From Macrostomum hystrix (taxonomy: Eukaryota > Animalia > Platyhelminthes), in assembly GCA_950097015.1 (NCBI GenBank), contig CATNEN010000037.1, positions 186,001 to 250,000 on the forward strand: DNA of 64,000 nucleotides, given 5' to 3'. This document shows, in pieces, positions 1 to 13,111 of this stretch (the stretch's first letter is position 1; every line of letters starts with the position of its first letter). Both the position numbers and the translations under genes were made by a program. The notes below the pieces were generated by a model. It had not been told where the DNA came from. It was given only the letters and a program-made list of their open reading frames with translations, and ran no database searches.

Positions 1-1095
1 TCTCTCACACATTTCTCATGACATCGTTCTCTACTCTCACACATTTCTCATGACATCGTTCTCTACTCTCACACATTTCTCATGACATCGTTCTCTACTC
101 TCACACATTTCTCATGACATCGTTCTCTACTATCGCACATTTCTCATGACATCGTTCTCTACTCTCACACATTTCTCATGACATCGTTCTCTACTCTCAA
201 CACATTTCTCATGACATCGTTCTCTACTCTCACACATTTCTCATGACATCGTTCTCTTCTCTCACACATTTCTCATGACATCGTTCTCTTCTCTAACCAC
301 ATTTCTCATGACATCGTTCTCTTCTCTCACACATTTCTCATGACATCGTTCTCTTCTCTCACACATTTCTCATGACATCGTTCTCTTCTCTCACACATTT
401 CTCATGACATCGTTCTCTTCTCTCACACATTTCTCATGACATCGTTCTCTTCTCTCACACATTTCTCATGACATCGTTCTCTTCTCTCACACATTTCTCA
501 TGACATCGTTCTCTTCTCTCACACATTTCTCATGACATCGTTCTCTTCTCTCACACATTTCTCATGACATCGTTCTCTTCTCTAACCACATTTCTCATGA
601 CATCGTTCTCTTCTCTCACACATTTCTCATGACATCGTTCTCTTCTCTCACACATTTCTCATGAAATCGTTCTCTTCTCTCACACATTTCTCATGACATC
701 GTTCTCTACTCTCACACATTTCTCATGACATCGTTCTCTACTCTCACACATTTCTCATGACATCGTTCTCTACTATCGCACATTTCTCATGACATCGTTC
801 TCTACTCTCACACATTTCTCATGACATCGTTCTCTACTCTCAACACATTTCTCGTGACATCGTTCTCTACTCTCACACATTTCTCATGACATCGTTCTCT
901 ACTCTCACACATTTCTCATGACATCGTTCTCTTCTCTCACACATTTCTCATGACATCGTTCTCTTCTCTCACACATTTCTCATGACATCGTTCTCTACTC
1001 TCACACATTTCTCATTACATTGTTCTGGTCTCTCACACATTTCTCATGACATCGTTCTCTACTCTCACACATTTCTCATGACATCGTTCTCTTCT
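1..1095. repeat. 32-bp tandem satellite (TCTCACACATTTCTCATGACATCGTTCTCT[A/T]C)n, runs off the window start
   Basis: Period 32 read directly (unit starts at 3, 35, ...); same family as 7960-11366. Confidence 0.95.
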
Positions 1096-1099
1096 TTCA

Positions 1100-2101
1100 C
1101 ACATTTATAGAATGAGATGGAATAGAAGGAGGATAGGCAGATGAAAGATAAACAGGGGAGATCACAGGAACAAAAGATTTAGGAAAAGCAAAAGAAGATT
1201 GACCAGGATCAATAGAATGCAATGGAAAAATTAGCTGGCATAAAAAGGTTAGAGTTTGGCACTTTAGAGGGAGACAGTCAAGCCTCTTTAATGTAAGGCA
1301 CACCATTTGAGTAGAGGATGCATAGGTTCTTCTCGCCATTAAGTTGTCGTTCCTTGAGCTCCCTGACAAGCCTGTTTTTGAAGGTCTTCTAGCTGCTCTG
1401 TTAGGTCATAGTCAATCCGGATTTTGGCAAACTGTTCCAGAGGTTCTGAATTTGTCTTTCTCTTCCTTGAAGCGGATTACTAGGGGCCGTGCCTTTCCAG
1501 AAGTCCTGTTCCCACTTCGGCTAGTGCTCTTGATAGACAGGTCAGAGGGTTGTAACTGTAGCCCCTCCTTGAGAAGCTTGTCCACTGAATAGTCATCAGA
1601 GTCGTTGTCTGGAAGGCCAAACACAATCAGGTTGTTGGCCTTCATGGTCCGCTGCCTCACCTCATTGGCTAGAAAATGAAAGTCGAGTTTCTTGGTTGGC
1701 TTACATGCGTTGGTGTCACTGCCATCACCAGAAGCTTCTAGACTTTCGATTCTGGCTTCGAGGAGTTCCATCCTACTCGTTAGCGCCTTGAAGCGCGCAG
1801 CTCCCTTTGAGAGGAAGGTCCTAGCCGCCTCCTTACAGTTTCGGCAAGACCAGAGCAAACAGTCTGCCGAATCGTCCACCAGAACATCAAAGGCCGCCTT
1901 GGAGAGTCCAGAGCAACTACGGTGGCACCAGCGGTCGCAAATGTCGCATTGGATACCTCCGTCAGCTACCGTGCTGTCGCAGGCTAGGCATTCGCAGCTG
2001 TTATCGGCTAGAGTGACTGTCGAAACGTTGAGATTTCGATTGAGACGCTGAGTTCGACGAAATATTGTTTTTATTCGTCGGCTTGTTTCTCTTTCTGCCA
2101 T
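1100..2101 (-). pseudogene. Decayed LINE (CR1/L2-type) ORF1: PHD finger, coiled coil, RRM-like region; frameshifted and truncated at the satellite
   Basis: PHD pattern CLAC..IQCDICDRWCHRSC..LWSCRNC, then NNLIVFGLPD..RPLVIRF. Shifted frames continue as FAKIRIDYDLT and RLVRELKERQLNGEKNLCI, typical ORF1 C-terminal segments. No ORF2 seen. Confidence 0.75.
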
Positions 2102-3268
2102 TTTTACAACTCATTTCTTTTTTAATCGAAAAGTTATCAATGTTATTAATGTCAATATTCTCCTATACCATCTGTACCATGCAATAAATTGAGTCTTCGC
2201 AGTAAGAGACCGTCTTTACGTCTTAACATCTTAACCTCTTCACGTCTTTAAACCTGAAGAAGGTTCACGGTTCACGGTCGCACCAAGGACCACTAGAAGA
2301 AGAAGAAGAATCTTCTGTTTTAAGAAGACCGCTGTTTTAAATACTAAAGTCTCGGTTTCAACAAAAAAGAAACTGTTATTAGAAATGGAGCTCAGAAGCT
2401 GGTAATTCTTTTCACCTTTTCCATTCAGGTCTTTCAAATTCTGGGGGTTTCATATTGAAATATTTTTTGTGTGCAAAAAAGCGCAATTTCATAACACGCT
2501 ACTACATGTAGATTTGGACCTTCTACATAATTCAAATCACAATTCTCTTTACAGCAGCCCAAATAGTTAAATCAGCTCCTCGATAAATAATGAACTTAAT
2601 GTGCGACTCTTTATTTGTGACCCTACTCTGGTTCCTTTTTGGTGGAAATTTAAATTAACAATTATATTTAAGCTCAAAACGAGCTGACCACGACCCATTG
2701 TTTGTTTCTACACAAAAGAGAAAGTTTATTGTACTATGAGCTTTGGAAGTGTTGTGCTTTATTGTTCACTTCAGCTCATGTACGCTCGTGCCCACGCTGA
2801 TTTGTAGGGTCGGTGCTTGCAAAGTGCGGCTGCGCCCCTCCGCAATCGTTAACCAATACATATATCGACCCTTAAGACCTCAGTCTGCATTTCGTGTTTC
2901 TCGTGACTGAATTCTCGCTGGTCTTACAGTACTATGTTTTTATTTTCAACGACACTAAGCAAAAATGTGGAGTTTGGACATTCTCTCACCGAGCCTGTAG
3001 GTCAAAAGTTATAATGCAAAACTCAAATTAATAATGGGCCTACAGCTTAGGTTAGGAGATAAAAGGTGTTCGTGTTGATAAAGCAGTAAACCCTCCACCA
3101 CTCTCACGTACCCGTCGCATGCTTAGTATATATAACTAACGCATTTACATAGCAACAGAAGTTACCGCGGTTAGAACCAAATAATTGTCTTGTAGTTTGA
3201 TCAGCTCACTTATTAACCAAAGTTTTTATTCTAGCTGAACGAAGCTTCCGAAATCAAATATTTTAATC

Positions 3269-4649
3269 ATGCCTGAGAATCAGAACCTCTTTGGCGCCTG
3301 GAAGGCCTACAAGAGTGAGAACATGGCCGCGGTGTTGGAGAAGGCAGGTGCGTCAGTTTTTTGTTCAACAATTGCTTTAAAGTTAAATAAAATATTCACG
3401 AGGATCGGAAAGTCAGGAAGCTAAGTTTCTTAGAAAAGTTTATAGGAGGCTGCAGCATGGTTTCGCCGTAAAATTCACTATTACTAAAATAGGAAATTTT
3501 ACACCTTTTTACACTAAAATGGTGATCGTTTTCTCTTGAAAGCTGATCCAAAGCTTTTCTTTGAATAAGTTTGCTTGATCCCTGATCAGAGAATTGAGCT
3601 CGGAGGGCTAATTATGGAGAAAATGAAAATAATAATATAAAATCTATCTGTACAATGTACATGTAATCACACAATCATTAGGGGCACCTTGGATGGCCAG
3701 GAAGATGGCCGCGAACGCCACGCCGACGGTGACGCTTAGCAAAGTCGACGACAAACACATCAAGATGTCATCCAAGTCGGCGATCTTCACCATGGAGCAG
3801 ACTTTTGAATTGGGCGGCACTGTCGAGTTCAAGCCGCCATTCCAGGGCGAGTCACAGGCCTTCTACACGGAGTGGAGCGACGACGGGCGGTTGGTGTGCT
3901 ACCAGGGCCCGGCTGGCAGCGACTTGAAGAACAGCGGCGTCAAACAAATTCGCAGTGTGGAACCCAATGGCGAGATGCTTACGGTAAGAGTTGTTGTTTT
4001 ATCAAAAGTACACCGATTTCCTGGATATTTTTTACTGCCGATTTTTATTCCATGCAGCGAAAATGCAATACTTCTCATTAAGCCTCTTTATCCATAGTAT
4101 CATCCGCTTGATCTGTAGAATGTCTTCATCGAGATGTAGAATGTCTTCATCGAGATGTAGAATGTCTTCATCGAGATGTTGAATGTCTTCATTGAGATGT
4201 TGAATGTCTTCATCGAGATCTACAATGCCTTCATCGAGATTTTGAATGTCTTCATCGACATGTAGAATGTCCTCATCCAGGTGTAGAATGTCTTCATCGA
4301 GATGTAGAATGTCTTCATCGAGATCTAGAATGTCTTCATCGAGATGTAGAATGTCTTCATCGAGATGTAGAATGTCCTCATCCAGGTGTACAATGTCTTC
4401 ATCGAGATGTAGAATGTCTTTGTAGAAATATACACTAGTTGGGATGTCACCATGTACCTTACCAATTGAGTTTCAATTATCCGAAAAATTGGGACAGAAA
4501 AAAGCGGGCATTTCCCGTGTCTTTGAAATGAGACTTAATCTTGCAATAGGGACTTATCCAATGAACTAACTGCTAACAAATAACCCCCATTCCAGACTGC
4601 AATTCAAGGAGATGTGACTGGATATCGATGGTTCAAACGGGAGAACTAA
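3269..4649 (+). CDS. Fatty acid-binding protein-like (FABP/iLBP), copy 1; exons 3269-3347, 3682-3983, 4596-4649; 144 aa
   Basis: N-terminal LFGAWKAYKSENMAAVLEKAG (FABP GxW motif), phase-1 intron after Gly, ATPTV, C-terminal GYRWFKR; canonical GT-AG sites, phases add up. Confidence 0.85.
4115..4420. repeat. 21-bp minisatellite (TAGAATGTCTTCATCGAGATG)n in FABP copy 1 intron 2
   Basis: Direct reading. Confidence 0.9.
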
Positions 4650-4884
4650 CTTCGAACCCAAACGAATTGTCTCTGACTTCTGAGCTAGCTCGAAATATAG
4701 ATTTTTGTTAATTTTTACTAAACTGATTTAAATTACATTTTATACACACTTTAACTTTAAAATGATATATAAAAAGCCAAGAATATAATAAAGATTAATG
4801 CTTAACACAAATAAAATCAAATCAGTGCAAGTCAATTATAATATCTACTTCGTTTTCTAATCTTCAGCATTAAGTTTATAGGTG

Positions 4885-5408
4885 CAGAGCAGCGGACAAG
4901 CCACTGACGGATCAGGGGATTGGGAGAGAGCAGTGGACACCCCACGGAAGGATCAGGGGATTGAGAGAGAGCAGCGGACACCCCACTGAAGGATCAGTGG
5001 ATTGAGAGAGAGCAGCGGACACCCCACTGAAGGATCAGGGGATTGAGAGAGAGCAGCGGACAAGACACTGAAGGATCAGGGGATTGGGAGAGAGCAGAGG
5101 ACAAGACACTGAAGGATCAGGGGATTGGGAGAGAGCAGCGGACACCCCACTGAAGGATCAGGGGATTGGGAGAGAGCAGCGGACAAGACACTGAAGGATC
5201 AGGGGATTGGGAGAGAGCAGCGGACACCCCACTGAAGGATCAGGGGATTGAGAGAGAGCAGCGGACAAGACACTGAAGGATCAGGGGATTGGGAGAGAGC
5301 AGTGGACACCCCACTGAAGGATCAGGGGATTGGGAGAGAGCAGCGGACACCCCACTGAAGGATCAGGGGATTGGGAGAGAGCAGTGGACACCCCACTGAA
5401 GGATCAGG
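4885..5408. repeat. 41-bp minisatellite (GGATTGGGAGAGAGCAGCGGACACCCCACTGAAGGATCAGG)n
   Basis: Period 41 (e.g. 4971 to 5012). Confidence 0.9.
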
Positions 5409-6120
5409 TAGGTTAGTAGCTTTCGCAGCACATTTCGGATCATGCTGATTGTACTGACATATGCACAGGCAAATCAAATCTCATTTCGCATAGCTACTAG
5501 GGTCATCGAAATGACACAACCCCAGAAGGTTTTAACAAACTGATTTAAATAACATTTTATACTCACTTTGACTTTAAAATGATATATAAAAAACCAAGAA
5601 TATAATAAAGTCTAATGCTAAAAACAAATAATAACATATCAGTGCAAGTCAGGTCAGTTATCAACTTCGTTTTCTAATCTCCAGCATTAAAGTCATAGGT
5701 GACTTTCATATCATGTCATGTCATAGTCAAAGTCATAGGTTAAAATCTTCAAGCGACGAAGAGAAAGAAAAAAGCTATTTTGTTTTGTTAGACCAAACCC
5801 AGTCAGACATGGCTGTCTCTCATTCTCGAAATGATAGAGAGCTAAGATACGTACAGTACAATTGAAGGGAATTGAGAAGGTAGTCACTGGGGTAGAAGGG
5901 AGGGAGAAAAAAGTACTGGAAAGCTTATAGCTTCAAGCGTACACGGCCAAGTTGGCGCATTCACTGTACAGCGCGAGTTGTGCAAAGATTCCGCCCTACA
6001 AATAGCTGTAACTGGCCAGAAATACCCTGGCTAAAAACGACAATTTTTTCTGTCATAAGGCGCGCGCGTTCGAAACACATTAACCGATTGAGTCCTCAGA
6101 GAGGCAGCAGAACCAGAAGA

Positions 6121-7712
6121 ATGTCAGCTACTGCGGGAGAGAATGCAAATATGTTCGGCGTTTGGAAGGCCTACAAAAGCGAAAATATGGCCGCCTTGAT
6201 GGAGAAGGCTGGTGAGAATGGGGGCTTGGAAATGCAGAGGCTGAGGGAAATATGAAGATAAATACCATGCAATCCCAACTAACTCACCTTAGTCAGGTGT
6301 CAGAATATAGTAGGAGTCAGTGAGTCAGGGTCAGTGAGTCAGGCAGTCAGGGTCAGTAAGTCAGGCAGTCAGGGTCAGTGAGTCAGGCAGTCAGGGTCAG
6401 TGAGTCAGACAGTCAGGGTCAGTAAGTCAGGCAGTCAGGGTCAGTGAGTCAGACAGTCAGGGTCAGTGAGTCAGGCAGTCAGGGTCAGTAAGTCAGGCAG
6501 TCAGGGTCAGTGAGTCAGGCAGTCAGGTTCAGTAAGTCAGGCAGTCAGGGTCAGTGAGTCAGGCAGTCAGGGTCAGTGAGTCAGGCAGTCAGGGTCAGTA
6601 AGTCAGGCAGTCAGGGTCAGTGAGTCAGGGTCAGTGAGCCAGGCAGTCAGGGTCAGTAAGTCAGGCAGTCAGGGTCAGTAAGTCAGGCAGTCAGGGTCAG
6701 TGAGTCAGGCAGTCAGGGTCAGTGAGTCAGGGTCATTGAGCCAGGCAGTCAGGGTCAGTAAGTCAGGCAGTCAGGGTCAGTGAGTCAGGGTCAGTGAGCC
6801 AGGCAGTCAGGGTCAGTAAGTCAGGCAGTCAGGGTCAGTGAGTCAGGCAGTCAGGGTCAGTGAGTCAGGCAGTCAGGGTCAGTAAGTCAGGCAGTCAGGG
6901 TCAGTGAGTCAGGGTCAGTGAGCCAGGCAGTCAGGGTCAGTAAGTCAGGCAGTCAGGGTCAGTAAGTCAGGCAGTCAGGGTCAGTCAGTCAGGCAGTCAG
7001 GGTCAGTAAGTCAGACAGTCAGGGTCAGTGAGTCAGGGTCAGTGAGTCAGGCAGTCAGGGTCAGTGAGTCAGGCAGTCAGGGTCAGTGAGTCAGGCAGTC
7101 AGGGTCAGTGAGTCAGACAGTCAGGGTCAGTGAGTCAGGCAGTCAGGGTCAGTGAGTCAGGGTCAGTGAGTCAGGGTCAGGCAGTCAGGGTCAGTGGGTC
7201 AGGGTCAGTGAGTCAGGGTCAGGCAGTCAGGGTCAGTGAGTCAGGCAGTCAGGGTCAGTGAGTCACCTGGCATTCACTCCACACTCGCAGGAGCTCCTTG
7301 GATAGCCCGAAAGATGGGCGCCAACGCAACGCCCACCGTGACAGTGACTCGCCTGGACGACAAGCGCATCAGCATCAACTCCAAGACCATGATGTTCAAC
7401 ATGGATCAGGTTCACGAGCTCAACGCCACAGTCGAAGGCGAGATGGCGATGATGGGCCATCTCACTGAGTGGACGGACGACGGCAAGCTGGTCATCTATC
7501 AAGGCGATGTTGGCACCGATTTGAAGAAGACCGGAATGAAGACTGTCCGAAGTCTGGAGCCGAACGGGGACATGCTGATTGTGAGGCTGGTGATATTGTC
7601 ATTGGTTGTCAGTAAAACTGATTAGAGTGATTGTAACAACTGTCACCCCACATTTCAGACTGTCAGCCTTGAGAACGTTGTGGGCTACAGATGGTTTAAG
7701 AAGGAGGCTTGA
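6121..7712 (+). CDS. FABP-like, copy 2; exons 6121-6211, 7291-7580, 7659-7712; 144 aa
   Basis: MFGVWKAYKSENMAALMEKAG / APWIARKMGANATPTVT / GYRWFKKEA; same intron positions and phases as copy 1. Confidence 0.85.
6313..7266. repeat. Composite 15/22-bp minisatellite (AGTCAGGGTCAGT[G/A]AGTCAGGC)n filling FABP copy 2 intron 1
   Basis: Direct reading; ends about 25 nt before the 3' splice site. Confidence 0.9.
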
Positions 7713-7959
7713 GTCTGTTCTCAGGTGACAACGCGAACACAAAAAGCGTAACATTTGAAAACTGACAATTTAACACATTTTTATTAAATATATCGATTAA
7801 CTCAAAGCATACTTGATAATTTTTTTAATTAAAATAAATTCTTATATTTATAAAACACACAAAAGACAAGCAAAACTAAAGAAAATTATTGATTTTTCAC
7901 ACAGCTTTTTGTTGTTTTGCTTTATCATAATTTTACTCATTTGCCATAATTAACATTCC

Positions 7960-10900
7960 CGTGAGATCATTCTCTACTCTCACCGCATTCCGCATGAGAT
8001 CGTTCTCTTCTCTCACACATTTCTCATGACATCGTTCTCTACTCTCACACATTTCTCATGACATCGTTCTCTACTCTCACACATTTCTCATGACATCGTT
8101 CTCTACTCTCACACATTTCTCATGACATCGTTCTCTTCTCTCACACATTTCTCATGGCATCGTTCTCTTCTCTCACACATTTCTCATGAAATCGTTCTCT
8201 TCTCTCACACATTTCTCATGACATCGTTCTCTACTCTCACACATTTCTCATGACATCGTTCTCTACTCTCACACATTTCTCATGACATCGTTCTCTACTC
8301 TCACACATTTCTCATGACATCGTTCTCTTCTCTCACACATTTCTCATGGCATCGTTCTCTTCTCTCACACATTTCTCATGACATCGTTCTCTACTCTCAC
8401 ACATTTCTCATGACATCGTTCTCTACTCTCACACATTTCTCATGACATCGTTCTCTTCTCTCACACATTTCTCATGGCATCGTTCTCTTCTCTCACACAT
8501 TTCTCATGAAATCGTTCTCTTCTCTCACACATTTCTCATGACATCGTTCTCTACTCTCACACATTTCTCATGACATCGTTCTCTACTCTCACACATTTCT
8601 CATGACATCGTTCTCTACTCTCACACATTTCTCATGACATCGTTCTCTTCTCTCACACATTTCTCATGAAATCGTTCTCTTCTCTCACACATTTCTCATG
8701 ACATCGTTCTCTACTCTCACACATTTCTCATGACATCGTTCTCTACTCTCACACATTTCTCATGACATCGTTCTCGTCTCTCACACATTTCTCATGACAT
8801 CGTTCTCTACTATCACACATTTCTCATGACATCGTTCTGGTCTCTCACACATTTCTCATGACATCGTTCTCTACTATCGCACATTTCTCATGACATCGTT
8901 CTCTACTATCACACATTTCTCATGACATCGTTCTCTTCTCTCACACATTTCTCATGACATCGTTCTCTTCTCTCAACACATTTCTCATGACATCGTTCTC
9001 TTCTCTCAACACATTTCTCATGACATCGTTCTCTTCTCTCACAAATTTCTCATGACATCGTTCTCTTCTCTAACCACATTTCTCATGACATCGTTCTCTA
9101 CTCTCAACACATTTCTCATGACATCGTTCTCTACTCTCACACATTTCTCATGACATCGTTCTCTACTCTCAACACATTTCTCATGACATCGTTCTATTCT
9201 CTCACACATTTCTCATGACATCGTTCTGTTCTCTCAACACATTTCTCATGACATCGTTCTCTTCTCTCACACATTTCTCATGACATCGTTCTCTTCTCTC
9301 ACAAATTTCTCCTGACATCGTTCTCTTCTCTCAACACATTTCTCATGACATCGTTCTCTTCTCTCACACATTTCTCATGACATCGTTCTCTACTCTCACA
9401 CATTTCTCATGACATCGTTCTCTACTCTCACACATTTCTCATGACATCGTTCTCTACTCTCACACATTTCTCATGACATCGTTCTCTACTCTCACACATT
9501 TCTCATGAAATCGTTCTCTTCTCTCACACATTTCTCATGACATCGTTCTCTTCTCTCACACATTTCTCATGACATCGTTCTCTACTCTCACACATTTCTC
9601 ATGACATCGTTCTCTTCTCTCACACATTTCTCATGACATCGTTCTCTACTCTCACACATTTCTCATGACATCGTTCTCTTCTCTCACACATTTCTCATGA
9701 CATCGTTCTCTTCTCTCACACATTTCTCATGACATCGTTCTCTTCTCTCACACATTTCTCATGACATCGTTCTCTACTATCGCACATTTCTCATGACAAC
9801 GTTCTCTACTATCACACATTTCTCATGACATCGTTCTCTTCTCTCACACATTTCTCATGACAACGTTCTCTTCTCTCACACATTTCTCATGACATCGTTC
9901 TCTTCTCTCAACACATTTCTCATGACATCGTTCTCTTCTCTCACAAATTTCTCATGACATCGTTCTCTACTATCACACATTTCTCATGACATCGTTCTCT
10001 ACTCTCACACATTTCTCATGACATCGTTCTCTACTATCACACATTTCTCATGACATCGTTCTCTTCTCTCACACATTTCTCATGACATCGTTCTCTTCTC
10101 TCACAAATTTCTCATGACATCGTTCTCTACTATCACACATTTCTCATGACATCGTTCTCTACTCTCACACATTTCTCATGACATCGTTCTCTTCTCTCAC
10201 ACATTTCTCATGACATCGTTCTCTACTCTCACACATTTCTCATGACATCGTTCTCTACTATCACACATTTCTCATGACATCGTTCTCTACTCTCACATTT
10301 CTCATGACATCGTTCTCTACTCTCACACATTTCTCATGACATCGTTCTCTACTCTCACACATTTCTCATGACATCTTTCTCTACTCTCACACATTTCTCA
10401 TGACATCGTTCTCTTCTCTCACACATTTCTCATGACATCGTTCTCTACTCTCACACATTTCTCATGACATCGTTCTCTACTCTCACACATTTCTCATGAC
10501 ATCGTTCTCTACTCTCACACATTTCTCATGAAATCGTTCTCTTCTCTCACACATTTCTCATGACATCGTTCTCTACTCTCACACATTTCTCATGACATTG
10601 TTTTCTTCTCTCACACATTTCTCATGACATCGTTCTCCACTCTCACACATTTCTCATGACATCTTTCTCTACTATCACACATTTCTCATGACATCGTTCT
10701 CTACTATCACACATTTCTAATGACATCGTTCTCTTCTCTCACACATTTCTCATGACATCGTTCTCTACTATCACACATTTCTCATGACATCGTTCTCTAC
10801 TATCACACATTTCTCATGACATCGTTCTCTTCTCTCACACATTTCTCATGACATCGTTCTCTACTATCACACATTTCTCATGACATCGTTCTCTACTCTC

Positions 10901-11366
10901 ACACATTTCTCATGACATCGTTCTCTACTCTCACACATTTCTCATGACATCGTTCTCTTCTCTCACACATTTCTTATGACATCGTTCTATACTCTCACAC
11001 ATTTCTCATGACATCGTTCTCTTCTCTCACACATTTCTCATGACATCGTTCTCTACTCTCACACATTTCTCATGACATCGTTCTCTACTATCACACATTT
11101 CTCATGACATCGTTCTCTTCTCTCACACATTTCTCAAGACATCGTTCTATTCTCTCACACATTTCTCATGACATCGTTCTCTACTCGCACACATTTCTCA
11201 TGACATCGTTCTCTACTCTCACACATTTCTCATGACATCGTTCTCTACTCTCACACATTTCTCATGACATCGTTCTCTTCTCTCACACATTTCTCATGAT
11301 ATCGTTCTCTTCTCTCACACATTTCTCATTACATCGTTCTCTACTCTCAACGCATTTCTCATGAGA
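7960..11366. repeat. 32-bp tandem satellite, about 3.4 kb, same family and orientation as 1-1095
   Basis: Same consensus unit. Confidence 0.95.
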
Positions 11367-11687
11367 GTTAATAATTTCTCATTTCATATATTTCTGTATT
11401 AGCAAGTGTTACGGCAGAGATAGCAAAGGTGAACGAGATCTTATAACAAATAAGCGAAAGTATGACTACGGTAACTGTTCAGTATCACAAAGTGGTAATC
11501 TGATTTAAATCTGGTTTAAACTGCCTGATTAGCTTCAATAGGCTACAGGTTTACAATGAGAAAAACAGAAATTTTGAAAGAAATTTGTCTGGGAATCGTG
11601 ATTAAAATCTTATGTGATTTAACACCGTCAGAATAATTCATGCAAGTCTACATTTTTATTAAAGAAAAATCAAATCAAAAGCTGTAT

Positions 11688-13047
11688 AAGCCGCTAACCC
11701 ATCTGGTCCTTCTGTATGAGCCACGAACCCATCTGGTCATTCTGAATGAGCCGCTAATCCATCTTGTCATTCTGAATGAGCCGCTAACCCATCTGATCAT
11801 TCTATTTAAGCCGCTAACCCATCTGATCATACTATTTAAGCCGCTAACCCATCTGGTCATTCTGGATGAGCCGCTAACCCATCTGATCATTCTGTTTAAG
11901 CCGCTAACCCATCTGATCATTCTATTTAAGCCGCTAATCCATCTGATCATTCTATTTAAGCCGCTAATCCATCTGATCATTCTATTTAAGCCGCTAACCC
12001 ATCTGGTCATTCTGAATGAGCCGCTAATCCATCTTGTCATTCTGAATGAGCCGCTAACCCATCTGATCATTCTATTTAAGCCGCTAACCCATCTGATCAT
12101 ACTATTTAAGCCGCTAACCCATCTGATCATACTATTTAAGCCGCTAACCCATCTGATCATTATATTTAAGCCGCTAACCCATCTAATCATTCTATTTAAG
12201 CCGCTAACCCATCTGATCATTCTATTTAAGCCGCTAATCCATCTGATCATTCTGTTTAAGCCGCTAACCCATCTGGTCATTCTGAATGAGCCGCTAATCC
12301 ATCTGGTCATTCTGAATGAGCCGTTAATCCATCTGGTCATTCTGAATGAGCCGCTAACCCATCTGATCATACTATTTAAACCGCTAATCCATCTGGTCAT
12401 TCTGAATGAGCCGCTAACCCATCTGATCATTCTGTTTAAGCCGCTAACCCATCTGATCATTCTATTTAAGCCGCTAATCCATCTGATCATTCTATTTAAG
12501 CCGCTAATCCATCTGATCATTCTATTTAAGCCGCTAACCCATCTGGTCATTCTGAATGAGCCGCTAATCCATCTGGTCATTCTGAATGAGCCGCTAACCC
12601 ATCTGATCATACTATTTAAGCCGCTAACCCATCTGATCATTCTATTTAAGCCGCTAACCCATCTGATCATTATATTTAAGCCGCTAACCCATCTAATCAT
12701 TCTATTTAAGCCGCTAACCCATCTGATCATTCTATTTAAGCCGCTAATCCATCTGATCATTCTGTTTAAGCCGCTAACCCATCTGGTCATTCTGAATGAG
12801 CCGCTAACCCATCTGATCATACTATTTAAGCCGCTAACCCATCTGGTCATTCTGAATGAGCCGCTAATCCATCTGGTCATTCTGAATGAGCCGTTAATCC
12901 ATCTGGTCATTCTGAATGAGCCGCTAACCCATCTGATCATTCTATTTAAGCCGCTAACCCATCTGATCATACTATTTAAACCGCTAATCCATCTGGTCAT
13001 TCTGAATGAGCCGCTAATCCATCTGATCATTCTGTTTAAGCCGCTAG
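11688..13047. repeat. 30-bp minisatellite (CCGCTAACCCATCTGATCATTCTATTTAAG and CCGCTAATCCATCTGGTCATTCTGAATGAG variants)
   Basis: Period 30; long ORFs on both strands are a by-product of the unit length. Confidence 0.92.
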
Positions 13048-13111
13048 ACAATATCGACCTAGAAGTGCCTCGCTAATGCATCCAACCGACTCCAAAAGCT
13101 TCAGGGAAGAC

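Noticed and set aside
7960-11366. CRISPR-like regular 32-bp repeats
   Set aside because: No unique spacers, no cas genes, eukaryotic context.
11640-13076. 478-aa and 458-aa ORFs on opposite strands
   Set aside because: Pure translations of a 30-bp array; the minus ORF is in frame with the RING gene but separated from it by two stops and no usable splice site was seen.
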